64,000 nt of DNA, taken from Betaproteobacteria bacterium Ga0077526. Lineage in GTDB: Bacteria > Pseudomonadota > Gammaproteobacteria > Burkholderiales > Ga0077523. A program made the position numbers and the translations under genes. The stretch's first letter is position 1, and each line of letters starts with the position of its first letter. The notes under the pieces were generated by a model that was not told the origin of the DNA, did not search any database, and saw only the letters and a program-made list of their open reading frames with translations. Below, piece after piece: positions 9,450-19,580 of the stretch. The stretch spans positions 62,867-126,866 of the forward strand of contig LNDV01000031.1 of the NCBI GenBank assembly GCA_001464765.1. Direction: 5' to 3'.

Positions 9450-10556
9450 TCATCCGACGCGGGCGACCGGCGCCACGCGCAGCTTGTCGATCGCCTTCCA
9501 GTCCCATTCGATGCCCAGGCCGGGCGCCGTGTACGGGTAGGCGTAACCCTTTTCGATACGCATCCGATTTTTCGTGACAAGGTCCAGCTGGGGAATGTGC
9601 TCCACCCAAGGTGAGTTGGGCACCGCCGCGCAGAGGCCCACGTGCAGTTCCATCAGGAAATGCGGGCAGATCGGCACATTGAAGCTCTCGGCAAGGTGCG
9701 CGCACTTGAGCCACGGCGTGATCCCGCCGATTCGCGCGACATCGGTCTGCACGATCGTGCATGCGCCGTGCTGAAGATACTCGCGGAAGTGGCTGAGCGA
9801 GTAGATCGACTCCCCCACCGCGATAGGCAGGCTCGTCGACGCGCGCAGCAGCGTGTGCCCGGTCATGTCTTCGGCCGGCAGCGGCTCCTCGAACCAAGCG
9901 AGGTCGAGTTCCTCGAAATGCCGCGCTCGACGGATGGCCTCCGCGACGGTGAAGCCCTGATTGGCGTCGACCATGAGTTCCATGTCATCGCCGATCTCCT
10001 TGCGGACCGCGGCCAGCCGCTTCACGTCTTCCTTCACGGTGGGTTTGCCGACCTTGATCTTCACGCCGCGCAGGCCCTGCTTTCGCACGTGCGCCGCGTT
10101 GGCGACGATCTCGCGAGTCGGCACGTGAAGCCAGCCGCCCTCGGTGTCGTACACGGGCACGCGTTCTTGTGCGCCACCCGCCATCAGGTGAAGCGGCTGC
10201 CCCGTGCGCCGTCCCCGCAGATCCCACAGCGCCGTATCGATGGCACACAGCGCCAGGCTGGTGATCGCCCCCACGGCCGTGGCATGCGTGTGATAGAAGA
10301 GCGACTGCCAGATGGCTTCGATCCGGTCGGGATCGCGGCCGATCAGCTGCGGCGCCAGATGGTCCCGCAGCAGCGCGACGATCGATGACCCGCCAGTCCC
10401 GATGGTATAGGTGTAGCCCACGCCTTCCAGATCATCGTCGGTGCGGATGCGCACCATCGGCGTCTCCTGCCTCGGAAACGCCTGGATCGCATCGCCACGC
10501 TTGGTCTTCGACGCGAGGTCCACCTGCCAGATTTCAATCGAGCGGATCTTCGACAT
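9450..10556 (-). CDS. Mandelate racemase/muconate lactonizing (enolase superfamily) enzyme
   Basis: KIK motif, metal ligands in MVDAN, FEEP and VGE, and His in CPH. Confidence 0.9.
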   Translation of the reverse strand: MSKIRSIEIWQVDLASKTKRGDAIQAFPRQETPMVRIRTDDDLEGVGYTYTIGTGGSSIVALLRDHLAPQLIGRDPDRIEAIWQSLFYHTHATAVGAITSLALCAIDTALWDLRGRRTGQPLHLMAGGAQERVPVYDTEGGWLHVPTREIVANAAHVRKQGLRGVKIKVGKPTVKEDVKRLAAVRKEIGDDMELMVDANQGFTVAEAIRRARHFEELDLAWFEEPLPAEDMTGHTLLRASTSLPIAVGESIYSLSHFREYLQHGACTIVQTDVARIGGITPWLKCAHLAESFNVPICPHFLMELHVGLCAAVPNSPWVEHIPQLDLVTKNRMRIEKGYAYPYTAPGLGIEWDWKAIDKLRVAPVARVG

Positions 10557-10630
10557 CACTCCCCCTTTCTCGGACGTCCGCCGGTCGGCCGGTCTTTGCC
10601 GCGCCGTACCGGCTCCGTTCACAACGTTTG

Positions 10631-11830
10631 TCAGAGTGCCTCGAACACGCCGGCCGCGCCCATGCCCGTCCCCACACACATCGTCACCATCCCGTACCGC
10701 TGCCGCCGCCTGCGCAGCCCGTGCACAAGCGTCGCCGTACGGATGGCACCCGTCGCCCCAAGCGGATGCCCCAGGGCGATCGCCCCGCCGAGCGGGTTGA
10801 CCTTCGTGGCGTCGAGATCGAGTTCGCGGAGCACGGCAAGAGACTGCGCAGCGAAAGCCTCGTTGAGCTCGATCCAGTCCATGTCCGAGGCCTTGAGCCC
10901 CGTCTGCCGCAGCACCTTCGGGATGGCCTCGATGGGTCCGATCCCCATGATCTCGGGAGGCACCCCGGCAACGGCGAACCCGACGAACCGCGCCAGCGGC
11001 GTGAGGCCGAACCGCTTCACCGCGGCCTCGCTGGCGAGAATCACGGCACCCGCGCCGTCGGAGGTTTGGGAACTGTTGCCTGCCGTCACCGAACCTCTGG
11101 CAGCGAACACGGGCGAGAGTTTCGCCAGCGCTTCCTGGGTGGTCCCGGGCCGCGGCCCTTCGTCATCGCTGGCGACCCGCCGATCCTCCCGGAACTCGCG
11201 GCTCTGCAGATCAGCCGTGCGCGAGACAATTTCGTAAGGCGCGATCTCCTCGCGAAACTCGCCCGCGGCAATCGCGGCCAGCGCCTTGCGGTGACTCTCC
11301 ACCGCAAATGCGTCCTGCGCCTCGCGGTTGACCTGCCACTGGGCCGCCACCTTCTCTGCGGTCATGCCCATGCCGTAGGCGATGCCGATATTCTCGTCGC
11401 GCGTGAACACCGCATCGTTGATGGCGATCTTGTGGCCGCCCATCGGGATGAGGCTCATGCTTTCGGTACCGGCACCGATCATCACATCCGCTTCACCGAG
11501 GCGGATGCGGTCGGCGGCGATTGCCACCGCCTGAAGACCGGACGAGCAGAACCGGTTCACCGTGAGACCGGAGACCGACTGCGGCAGCCCCGCGAGGAGC
11601 AACCCGATCCGGGCTACGTTCATCCCCTGCTCCGCTTCGGGAATGGCGCAACCCACGATCACATCGTCGATGGCCTTGGGATCGAGGCCCGGTGTCTTCG
11701 CGAGCGCCACCTTCAGTACATGGGCCAGCAGATCGTCGGGGCGCACCGTACGGAACATGCCCCGCGGGGCCTTGCCCACCGGCGAGCGCACGGCCGCGAC
11801 GATGTAGGCATCCTGAACCTGTCGAGTCAT
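10631..11830 (-). CDS. fadA: Acetyl-CoA C-acyltransferase (thiolase)
   Basis: NRFCSSG, NEAFA, GHPLGATG and MCVGTGMG motifs. Confidence 0.95.
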   Translation of the reverse strand: MTRQVQDAYIVAAVRSPVGKAPRGMFRTVRPDDLLAHVLKVALAKTPGLDPKAIDDVIVGCAIPEAEQGMNVARIGLLLAGLPQSVSGLTVNRFCSSGLQAVAIAADRIRLGEADVMIGAGTESMSLIPMGGHKIAINDAVFTRDENIGIAYGMGMTAEKVAAQWQVNREAQDAFAVESHRKALAAIAAGEFREEIAPYEIVSRTADLQSREFREDRRVASDDEGPRPGTTQEALAKLSPVFAARGSVTAGNSSQTSDGAGAVILASEAAVKRFGLTPLARFVGFAVAGVPPEIMGIGPIEAIPKVLRQTGLKASDMDWIELNEAFAAQSLAVLRELDLDATKVNPLGGAIALGHPLGATGAIRTATLVHGLRRRRQRYGMVTMCVGTGMGAAGVFEAL

Positions 11831-11844
11831 TCGCGTCTCCGGCG

Positions 11845-14337
11845 TCAGTTTCTGAGGGGCTTGCCCGTCTTGAGCATGTGCTCGACGCGAGCCTGGGTCT
11901 TCTGGGTGGCGAGCAGTTCCATGAACGCCCGCCGTTCGAGATCGAGCAGCCACTGCTCGTCCACGGTGGCGCCGGGATCGACGTCGCCGCCGCACATCAC
12001 GTAGGCGAGCTTGGTGGCGATGAGACAGTCGTGCTCGCTGATGAACTGTCCCGCCGCCAGATTGGTGAGATGGGCCTTGACCGTGCCGATCGCGGTACGG
12101 CCGCCGACGGGAATCGCATTGGCAGGTAACGGCGGACGATAGCCCCGCTCCCAGAGCGCACGCACCTCCGCCCTTGCCACGTGCAGCAATTCGAACCGGT
12201 TCATGACGATCGGGTCAGAAGGCCTCAGGAACCCGAGTTCCCGCGCCTGGACGGCGCTCCGGCTCACTTGCGCCGTCGCAGCGGCCTGGAACGCATTGCG
12301 AAGAAACGGGAACACGTCTCCGCCCTTGGCATCCGCTGCCGCACGCATCGCGAGTTCCTTGCAGCCTCCGCCACCCGGGATGAGCCCCACACCCACCTCG
12401 ACGAGGCCGATGTAGCTCTCCAGTGTTGCAACGGCCCGGTCGCAGTGCATGACGAACTCGCACCCGCCGCCCAGCGCAAGACCGTCCACGGCGGCCACGG
12501 TCGGCACGCGGCAGTAGCGCAACAGCTGCGACGTGAGCTGGAACTGCTCGACGATGGATTCCACCTTCTCGAGCCGGCCGGCCATCAGTGAGTCGGCCAC
12601 GTTCAATTTGTGCGCCGCCTTCAGAATCGCGGATTCGGCTTCGCGCTTGAGCTTCTTCATCATCGAGCCGAACGCCGTGGGCTTCGGCTTCTCTCCGCGC
12701 GGTGCCGACGGCCCGGAGAGGTTGGCTCCGACGGAGAACGGCGGCTCCGTCTGCCAGAGGATCAGCCCCTGCAACTGCCGCTCGGCCTGGGCCACTGCCT
12801 CCGCAACGCCGTCCAGGACGTCCTCGCCGATCGAGTGCATCTTGCTCTTGAATGACAGCACGCCGATGTCGTCACCGGCGCTCCAGAATCGCACCGCGTC
12901 GGTCTCGAAAATCGTGGTTCCGTAGACCGGCTTCTCGCCGATCGTCGCGTCCGGATAGGCCTGCCTGGCATACACCGGCAGAGCAGACCGGCCTCGCATC
13001 GCGCGCGCAGTCGGACTCCACGCGCCCTCAGCGGCGTGGACGCCCGTTCTACCGCCCTCCGTGACCCACCCGGGCAGCGGCACCTTCGTCATCGCCCGGC
13101 CGCCGGCGATGTCTTCCGCGATCCAACCCGCCACCTGCTGCCATCCCGCGGCCTGCCAGATCTCGAACGGCCCCTGCATCCAGCCAAAGCCCCAGCGCAC
13201 GGCGAGGTCGAGATCACGCGCGTTGTCCGCGATGGACTCGAGCGTCACGGCGCAGTAGTGGAACATGTCCCGGGTGATTGCCCAGAGGAACTGCGCCTGC
13301 GGATGCGGACTCGCCCGCAGCGCGGCGAGGCGCTTTCCCGGGTCGCGCTCGGCCAGAATCTCGGTGAGTTCCGGGGCGAGATCGCGACCGGATTCGCGGT
13401 AGTCCATGGTCTTCGGATCGAGGACCAGGATGTCCTTGCCTTCCTTGCGATAGATGCCGCGCTTTGTCTTCTGCCCGAGCGCGCCGCCAGCCACGAGGGC
13501 CTGCAGCCATTGGGGTACCTTGAAGAACCCGTGCCACGGGTCCTGCGGGAGCGTGCGCTCCATCGTCCCGATGACGTGCGCAAGTGTGTCCAGACCCACC
13601 ACGTCGGCGGTGCGATAAGTCGCACTCTTGGGCCGACCTATCTTCGTGCCCGTCAGGGCGTCGATTTCGTCGAATCCGAGGCCGAGGCGCTCCGTGTGGT
13701 GCATCACGGCCAGAATGGAAAACACGCCCACCCGGTTCGCAATGAAGTTGGGGGTGTCCTTCGCGCGGATCACGCCCTTCCCGAGCGTCGTGACCAGGAA
13801 GGCTTCGAGCGCATCCATCAGCGCGGCGTCCGTCCCGGGCAGCGGGATCAGTTCCACGAGATGCATGTACCGCGGCGGGTTGAAGAAGTGGATGCCGCAG
13901 AAGCGGGAACGCCGCGCCGCCGGCAGCGACTCGGCGAGCTCGCCCACCGACAGGCCGGACGTGTTCGTCGCGAACACCGCCTCCGGCGCGAGATGCGGTT
14001 CGACCTTCGCGTAGAGATCACGCTTCCAGTCGGTGCGCTCCGCAATGGCCTCGATCACGAGATCGCACTCGGACAGACGCCCGACGTGCTCCTCGTAGTT
14101 GAGTGGTGTGATCGCCGCAGCGAGCGATGCCGTCGCCAGCGGTGCCGGATCGATCTTCTGAAGACCGGCAACCGCCTTGGCGGCGAGGCCGCTGCGGTCG
14201 CCCTCCTGTGCGGGCAGTTCGAACAGCAGGCACTCGACCCCGGCGTTGGCGAAATGGGCCGCGATCTGTGCCCCCATGACGCCCGCGCCGAGGACGGCGG
14301 CCTTGCGAACGGGAAACACTCGTGCTGCGGATGTCAT
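11845..14337 (-). CDS. fadN: 3-hydroxyacyl-CoA dehydrogenase / enoyl-CoA hydratase fusion (FadN type)
   Basis: GAGVMG, HFFNPPRYM, ALGGGCE and GLVEVGVGLIPGGGG motifs; ends KPLRN. Confidence 0.92.
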   Translation of the reverse strand: MTSAARVFPVRKAAVLGAGVMGAQIAAHFANAGVECLLFELPAQEGDRSGLAAKAVAGLQKIDPAPLATASLAAAITPLNYEEHVGRLSECDLVIEAIAERTDWKRDLYAKVEPHLAPEAVFATNTSGLSVGELAESLPAARRSRFCGIHFFNPPRYMHLVELIPLPGTDAALMDALEAFLVTTLGKGVIRAKDTPNFIANRVGVFSILAVMHHTERLGLGFDEIDALTGTKIGRPKSATYRTADVVGLDTLAHVIGTMERTLPQDPWHGFFKVPQWLQALVAGGALGQKTKRGIYRKEGKDILVLDPKTMDYRESGRDLAPELTEILAERDPGKRLAALRASPHPQAQFLWAITRDMFHYCAVTLESIADNARDLDLAVRWGFGWMQGPFEIWQAAGWQQVAGWIAEDIAGGRAMTKVPLPGWVTEGGRTGVHAAEGAWSPTARAMRGRSALPVYARQAYPDATIGEKPVYGTTIFETDAVRFWSAGDDIGVLSFKSKMHSIGEDVLDGVAEAVAQAERQLQGLILWQTEPPFSVGANLSGPSAPRGEKPKPTAFGSMMKKLKREAESAILKAAHKLNVADSLMAGRLEKVESIVEQFQLTSQLLRYCRVPTVAAVDGLALGGGCEFVMHCDRAVATLESYIGLVEVGVGLIPGGGGCKELAMRAAADAKGGDVFPFLRNAFQAAATAQVSRSAVQARELGFLRPSDPIVMNRFELLHVARAEVRALWERGYRPPLPANAIPVGGRTAIGTVKAHLTNLAAGQFISEHDCLIATKLAYVMCGGDVDPGATVDEQWLLDLERRAFMELLATQKTQARVEHMLKTGKPLRN

Positions 14338-14368
14338 GCGCAAACTCCCTCGCGGCGCCAGTGTCCGC

Positions 14369-15625
14369 TCACCATGAGAAGGTGTACTGCGCGGCCAGGA
14401 TATGCGCCGAGTTGTCGTACTCGCCGCGCAACGTGCCGCCATTCGTGACCGTGTGATTGACGGAGGAAGGCGCGAGACTCACGAACGCGTAAGCGAAATC
14501 CATGCGGTGCGCAGCGCTGACATCCCACCGCGCCCCGAGGGACACCCAAGTGCGATCGGAGTCGGGCTGATTCGCCGTTCGGGCCTCCGCATTGCCGACT
14601 GGTGCCTGGTCCCACGCGAGTCCGGCCCGGATCAGCCAGGCGTCGTTGAGGCGATAGTTCACCGCCGCGGACACTCGCTTGGTATCGCGGAAGTTCAGAT
14701 CGAGCGACGGGCTCGGCGCACCAGTACTGGCGTTGCGCGGCGTGAGGTTCTGGATCGAACTCCACTGGTAGTAGGACAGATCGCCAAGCAGCGTCCAGCG
14801 GTCGTTCAGTGCGTGCACGACGCTCAACTGCGAGATCGCCGGCAGAGACAGGTCGGCACGGATATCGAAGGCCTGCGCCACTCCACCCGACGCGAGCGTC
14901 ACCGTCTGTCGTCCGCTCAGATCGAGATCGACACGGGACCGGTAACTGACGCCGACACGCGTCGCCTCGGAGAGATTGACGAGGACACCGAAGTTGTAGC
15001 CGAGCGCGCTGTCCTTGCCTGTGAGGACAACCCGCCCCTCCGACGGTCCGCCCAGGAGCTGCGAGCGCTCGATCTCGGCATCGGCCTTGAGGTAGTTCAA
15101 GCCGAACCCGGCGGACACCCAGGGTGCGAACTCGTAGGATACCGACGGGTTGATGTTGATCGTCTTCACTTCCGTGAAGTCCGCCTGGAAGCGACCGCGC
15201 CAGCCCGCGGCGTAGTCTGTCTGGCTGCCCCACGGCGCGCTGATGCCCAGCCCGAAGCGCCACTTGTTCAACGGGATCACCGCAAACAGCGCCGGAAGTG
15301 CGCTGTTGGGAACGAAGCTCCCGCCATTGCCGCCCGTGAAGGCGGCCGGCCCGGTCGAGCCCGTGTCCGTGTACTTGAAGCTGGGGTCGATGTAATGGCC
15401 GGCGATGGACACCTGTCCGGTCTGGATGCGGGACATCCCTGCGGGATTGAAGAACACGGTGCTGGCATCTTCGCCGAGCGCCGCCGAACCCGCGAGCGAA
15501 TTGCCGACACCAGAAGCCCCCTGGTAGGGCAGGAAGAACGCCGCGGCGTTCGCGGCAGTGTGGACTGCGCCCAGCCCGACCGCGGCAACGGCTGCAGCGG
15601 CAGCCTTTAGCTTGAATTGCTTCAT
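14369..15625 (-). CDS. fadL: Long-chain fatty acid outer-membrane transporter (FadL/OmpP1)
   Basis: Signal peptide, DASTVFFNPAGM hatch motif, PDSDR, terminal aromatic residue; sits inside the fad operon. Confidence 0.9.
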   Translation of the reverse strand: MKQFKLKAAAAAVAAVGLGAVHTAANAAAFFLPYQGASGVGNSLAGSAALGEDASTVFFNPAGMSRIQTGQVSIAGHYIDPSFKYTDTGSTGPAAFTGGNGGSFVPNSALPALFAVIPLNKWRFGLGISAPWGSQTDYAAGWRGRFQADFTEVKTININPSVSYEFAPWVSAGFGLNYLKADAEIERSQLLGGPSEGRVVLTGKDSALGYNFGVLVNLSEATRVGVSYRSRVDLDLSGRQTVTLASGGVAQAFDIRADLSLPAISQLSVVHALNDRWTLLGDLSYYQWSSIQNLTPRNASTGAPSPSLDLNFRDTKRVSAAVNYRLNDAWLIRAGLAWDQAPVGNAEARTANQPDSDRTWVSLGARWDVSAAHRMDFAYAFVSLAPSSVNHTVTNGGTLRGEYDNSAHILAAQYTFSW

Positions 15626-15753
15626 GGGAAAACCCTCCGTATTGCAGCGCATGTTGGAAACGAGTAATGCCGAATCGGAACCGAACTACCCGGGAGGACG
15701 GTCGACGGATCCTCCGCTGACGGACAGCACGCGCCTCAGGCGCACGCTCACCG

Positions 15754-16170
15754 TCACGCTTCCGTCTCCCCGGTTACCGGCCGTGGACGCCTGTCGGGCC
15801 CCACGGCCACGTACGTCAACGTAGCCTCCGTCACCTTGACGACTTCGTGATACACCCCGCGTTCCGCGTAGACCTCGACGTTCACGGTGATCGATGTGCG
15901 CCCGATCCGCGCGACGTCCGCGTAGAAGCTGACGAGGTCGCCGACCATCACGGGCTGCTTGAACAGGAACGAATTGACCGCGATGGTCGCAACCCGCCCG
16001 CGGGCCAGCCGGAACGCCGGAATGCTGCCGGCGATGTCCACCTGCGCCATGATCCAGCCTCCGAAGATGTCACCGGTGGAGTTGACATCGGATGGCATGG
16101 GGACGACACGCAGGACGGGATCCCGTCCTGGGGGCAGTCCGGCGACGGGCGACGAAGGAGACTCGGTCAT
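15754..16170 (-). CDS. Acyl-CoA thioesterase (YciA-like)
   Basis: PMPSDVNSTGDIFGGWIMAQVD motif. Confidence 0.92.
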   Translation of the reverse strand: MTESPSSPVAGLPPGRDPVLRVVPMPSDVNSTGDIFGGWIMAQVDIAGSIPAFRLARGRVATIAVNSFLFKQPVMVGDLVSFYADVARIGRTSITVNVEVYAERGVYHEVVKVTEATLTYVAVGPDRRPRPVTGETEA

Positions 16171-16188
16171 GGGATCGGATTCTTGGGA

Positions 16189-17010
16189 TCAGTCGAGAAA
16201 GAGATCGGGGACCAGCGGCTCGTCGGCGTTCACGGCATAGGGTGAGAAATCGTGCACGCCGGCCTCGCGAAGCACCTCGTCATCGATCAGGAAACGTCCG
16301 GTGAGGCTGCGGCTGTCACGGGTGAGGACATAGTGGGCGGCGTCGGCCATGATCTCCGGCGTACGGCTGCCACGGATCGCTTCCGGGAAGAACGTCTCGA
16401 CTGCCGACGTGAGGATCGTGGTCCTCGGCCAGAGCGAGTTGACCGCAATGCCGCGTTCCCGGAACTCCTCCGCGAGACCGAGCGTGCAGAGGCTCATGCC
16501 GTACTTCGACATGGTGTAGGACAGATGCGGAGAGAACCATCGCGGATCGAGGTTGAGGGGCGGAGAAAGCGTCAGGATGTGAGGGTTGGTTGCTTCGAGC
16601 AGATAGGGGATGCAGGCCTGCGCACAAACGAACGTCCCGCGGGCATTGACCTGCTGCATCAGATCGAAGCGCCGCATCGGTGTCTGCAGAGTCCCCGTGA
16701 GACTGATCGCGCTGGCGTTGTTGACGAGGATGTCCAGTCCGCCGAATCGGGCGACGGCTTCCGCCACGGCATCGCGCACGGCGTTCTCGTCGCGAATGTC
16801 GAGGGCGATGGCCAGCGCTTCCCCGCCTGCCGCCTGCACTTCGTCCGCCACCGAGAAAATGGTGCCAGGCAGTCTCGGATGAGCCTCCACACTCTTGGCG
16901 CCGATGACGATCTTCGCGCCGTCACGCGCGCAGCGCAGCGCAATCGCACGGCCGATGCCGCGGGACGCGCCGGTGATGAACACGGTCTTGCCGGACAAGC
17001 TGTCGCTCAT
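16189..17010 (-). CDS. SDR oxidoreductase (HSDL2-like)
   Basis: TGASRGIG, HPRLPGTI, NNASAI, YTMSK and NSLWPRT motifs. Confidence 0.9.
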   Translation of the reverse strand: MSDSLSGKTVFITGASRGIGRAIALRCARDGAKIVIGAKSVEAHPRLPGTIFSVADEVQAAGGEALAIALDIRDENAVRDAVAEAVARFGGLDILVNNASAISLTGTLQTPMRRFDLMQQVNARGTFVCAQACIPYLLEATNPHILTLSPPLNLDPRWFSPHLSYTMSKYGMSLCTLGLAEEFRERGIAVNSLWPRTTILTSAVETFFPEAIRGSRTPEIMADAAHYVLTRDSRSLTGRFLIDDEVLREAGVHDFSPYAVNADEPLVPDLFLD

Positions 17011-17020
17011 GACGCTCCTC

Positions 17021-19519
17021 TTACGCGGTCTTTCTTGCGAGAACGCTGTCGGACCATGACTCCACGGTGCCGGACTCGGTCGGTCCCGCCGCGACGTGGC
17101 GGCCGATGTCGTGCGGGAAGTCGTCGACCATGATGCAGGCACGCTGCAGTTCGCGGTAGCGGTCCAGCACGGCGGCCTCTTCGGTGGTGAGCAGCCCCTG
17201 CGTCAGCGCGCTCGTGCGTCGTTCGGCGTCGTTGGTCCCGTGAATGGCGCCACCGCGGGTTGCAGCGCGCAGCTTCGCCTCCAGGGCCTCGACCTGCCCC
17301 ACCATGCCAAGCGCGAGTTCCAGCCGACCGACCGGGTCCGCGGCGTCCCGACGGAGATACATTCCGCGCGTCAGCCGCTCCCGGCTCGCGGTGATCTCGG
17401 TGGCGAGACGGACCACTTCGGTACCCAGACGATCGGACGGCGCCCGCAACCGGGCGCCGAGCGGAAACGCCGCGAGGCGGATGAGCACACGACCGAGCGC
17501 ACCCGGAAAGTTCTCGACGACGCCCACCAGCGCCTGTTCCGCGCGATACAACGCATCCTCGACGCACCAGCGCACGATGGGCAGGTCGTCTGCGGGCGCA
17601 CCGTCGTCTTCGAAGCGCTTGAGCGCGGCGCTCGCAAGGTACATCTGGCTCAGGACATCACCGAGGCGCGCCGAGATCTTCTCGCGGCGTTTGAGGGATC
17701 CGCCGAAGGTAAGCATGGCGATGTCGGCCGCGAAGGCAAAGGCGCTGGAGAGACGAGAAAGCTCGCGGAAGCACGGGGCCACGCCGGCACTGCCTGCGCC
17801 GGTGGCGAAGCGGCTGCCCGTCATGCCATGCAGGAACCCGCAGGAGAAATTCCCGATCAGAAAGCGCACGTGACCCCAAAGTGCGTTGTCGAACGCCGAA
17901 GCGGCGCGCGCGCGATCGGGCTCGCGTGTCGCGGCGATTTCGGCGAGCACATGGGGATGGCACCGGATCGCCCCCTGGCCGAAGATGATCATGCTGCGCG
18001 TGAGAATGTTCGCGCCCTCCACGGTGATGGCAATCGGCACCTGCTGGTACGCGCGTCCGAGATAGTTGCTCGGTCCGAGACAGATGCCCTTGCCGCCATG
18101 TACGTCCATCGCGTCATTGACAGCCGCGCGACCCCGCTCGGTCGCGTGGTACTTCATGATCGCGGAGATGACCGAGGGCTTCTCGCCCAGGTCGATCGCC
18201 CCGCTCGTCATGATGCGAGCGGCATCCACCAGGTAAGTGTTGCCCACGATCCTCGCGATCGCCTCATCGACGCCCTCGAACCGCGCGATGGGCGTCTTGA
18301 ACTGCGATCGCACGCGAGCATAGGCGCCGGTGGTTCGGGCGGCAAGCTTCATCATGCCCGTGCACGAGGACGGCAACGAGATGGAGCGTCCGGCGGCGAG
18401 ACATTCCATGAGCATCCGCCATCCCTGACCCGCACGCTCGACGCCACCGATCACCCAGTCCATCGGGATGAAGACGTCGCGGCCGGAGTTCGGCCCGTTC
18501 ATGAACGAGCCGTTCAGCGGAAAGTGCCGGCGCCCGATGTTCACGCCGGGATGCGACGTGGGGATGAGGGCGAGCGTGATTCCTCGCTCCACCTCTCCTC
18601 CCAGAAGCGCGTCGGGGTCACGAAGCTTGAAGGCAAGCCCCAGGAGCGTCGCGATCGGGCCCAGCGTGATGTAGCGCTTCTCCCAGGTGAGGCGGATGCC
18701 GAGCACCTCGCGTCCGTCGTGCATGCCGCGGGTCACGATGCCGAAATCCGGAATCGCTCCCGCGTCGGACCCCGCGTCCGGCCCCGTCAGGGCGAAGCAC
18801 GGAATCTCCTGACCGCGGGCAAGCCGCGGCAGGTAGTGCTTCTTCTGCTCGTCAGTGCCGTAATGGAGCAGCAGTTCCGCCGGCCCCAGCGAGTTGGGCA
18901 CCATCACGGACACCGTCGCCGTCGCGCTGCGGGTGGCGAGCTTCATCACCACTTCGCTGTGCGCAAGCGCGGAGAAGCCGAGGCCGCCGTACTCGCGCGG
19001 AATGATCATGCCGAAGAAGCCGCGCGTCTTGATGAACTCCCACACATGCGGCGGAAGGTCGTTCAGTTCGTGCGTGACTTCCCAGTCGTCCAGCATCGCG
19101 CAGAGTTCCTCGACGGGGCCATCGAGGAACGCCTGCTCTTCCGCGGAGAGGCGCGGCGCCGGGAACGCCAGCAACCGATTCCAGTCGGGACGCCCGCTGA
19201 AGAGATCGCCATCCCACCACACCGTGCCGGCATCGAGAGCCTCCTGCTCGGTCTGCGACACGGCCGGCATCACCTTGCGGAACCAGCCGAGCAGCGGATC
19301 GCTCACCAGCGCCTTCCGCACCGGCGGCACGATCAGCAGGGCACACACCGGCACGAACACACACCATGCAATCTGAATCCAGGGCGACGGGAACGCTCCG
19401 GTGACGTGGCCCACACCGAGCAGTCCGGCGAAGCCGGCGGTCCAGAGCCAGCCCGGCGCGCGGCGGGTTGCAAGCAGCAGCGCCAGAACAGGCGCAGCGA
19501 GTATCAGGGCCCAGGTCAT
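17021..19519 (-). CDS. fadE: Membrane-anchored acyl-CoA dehydrogenase FadE
   Basis: N-terminal TM helices, VMVPNSLGPAELL, CFALTGPDAGSDA, ITVEGANILTR, and a C-terminal DUF1974-like region. Confidence 0.94.
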   Translation of the reverse strand: MTWALILAAPVLALLLATRRAPGWLWTAGFAGLLGVGHVTGAFPSPWIQIAWCVFVPVCALLIVPPVRKALVSDPLLGWFRKVMPAVSQTEQEALDAGTVWWDGDLFSGRPDWNRLLAFPAPRLSAEEQAFLDGPVEELCAMLDDWEVTHELNDLPPHVWEFIKTRGFFGMIIPREYGGLGFSALAHSEVVMKLATRSATATVSVMVPNSLGPAELLLHYGTDEQKKHYLPRLARGQEIPCFALTGPDAGSDAGAIPDFGIVTRGMHDGREVLGIRLTWEKRYITLGPIATLLGLAFKLRDPDALLGGEVERGITLALIPTSHPGVNIGRRHFPLNGSFMNGPNSGRDVFIPMDWVIGGVERAGQGWRMLMECLAAGRSISLPSSCTGMMKLAARTTGAYARVRSQFKTPIARFEGVDEAIARIVGNTYLVDAARIMTSGAIDLGEKPSVISAIMKYHATERGRAAVNDAMDVHGGKGICLGPSNYLGRAYQQVPIAITVEGANILTRSMIIFGQGAIRCHPHVLAEIAATREPDRARAASAFDNALWGHVRFLIGNFSCGFLHGMTGSRFATGAGSAGVAPCFRELSRLSSAFAFAADIAMLTFGGSLKRREKISARLGDVLSQMYLASAALKRFEDDGAPADDLPIVRWCVEDALYRAEQALVGVVENFPGALGRVLIRLAAFPLGARLRAPSDRLGTEVVRLATEITASRERLTRGMYLRRDAADPVGRLELALGMVGQVEALEAKLRAATRGGAIHGTNDAERRTSALTQGLLTTEEAAVLDRYRELQRACIMVDDFPHDIGRHVAAGPTESGTVESWSDSVLARKTA

Positions 19520-19580
19520 GGAATTCTCCTCAGGGGATACCGCGTGGAGTGGACGATCGGCGGCGTCATCGAAAACGGTC

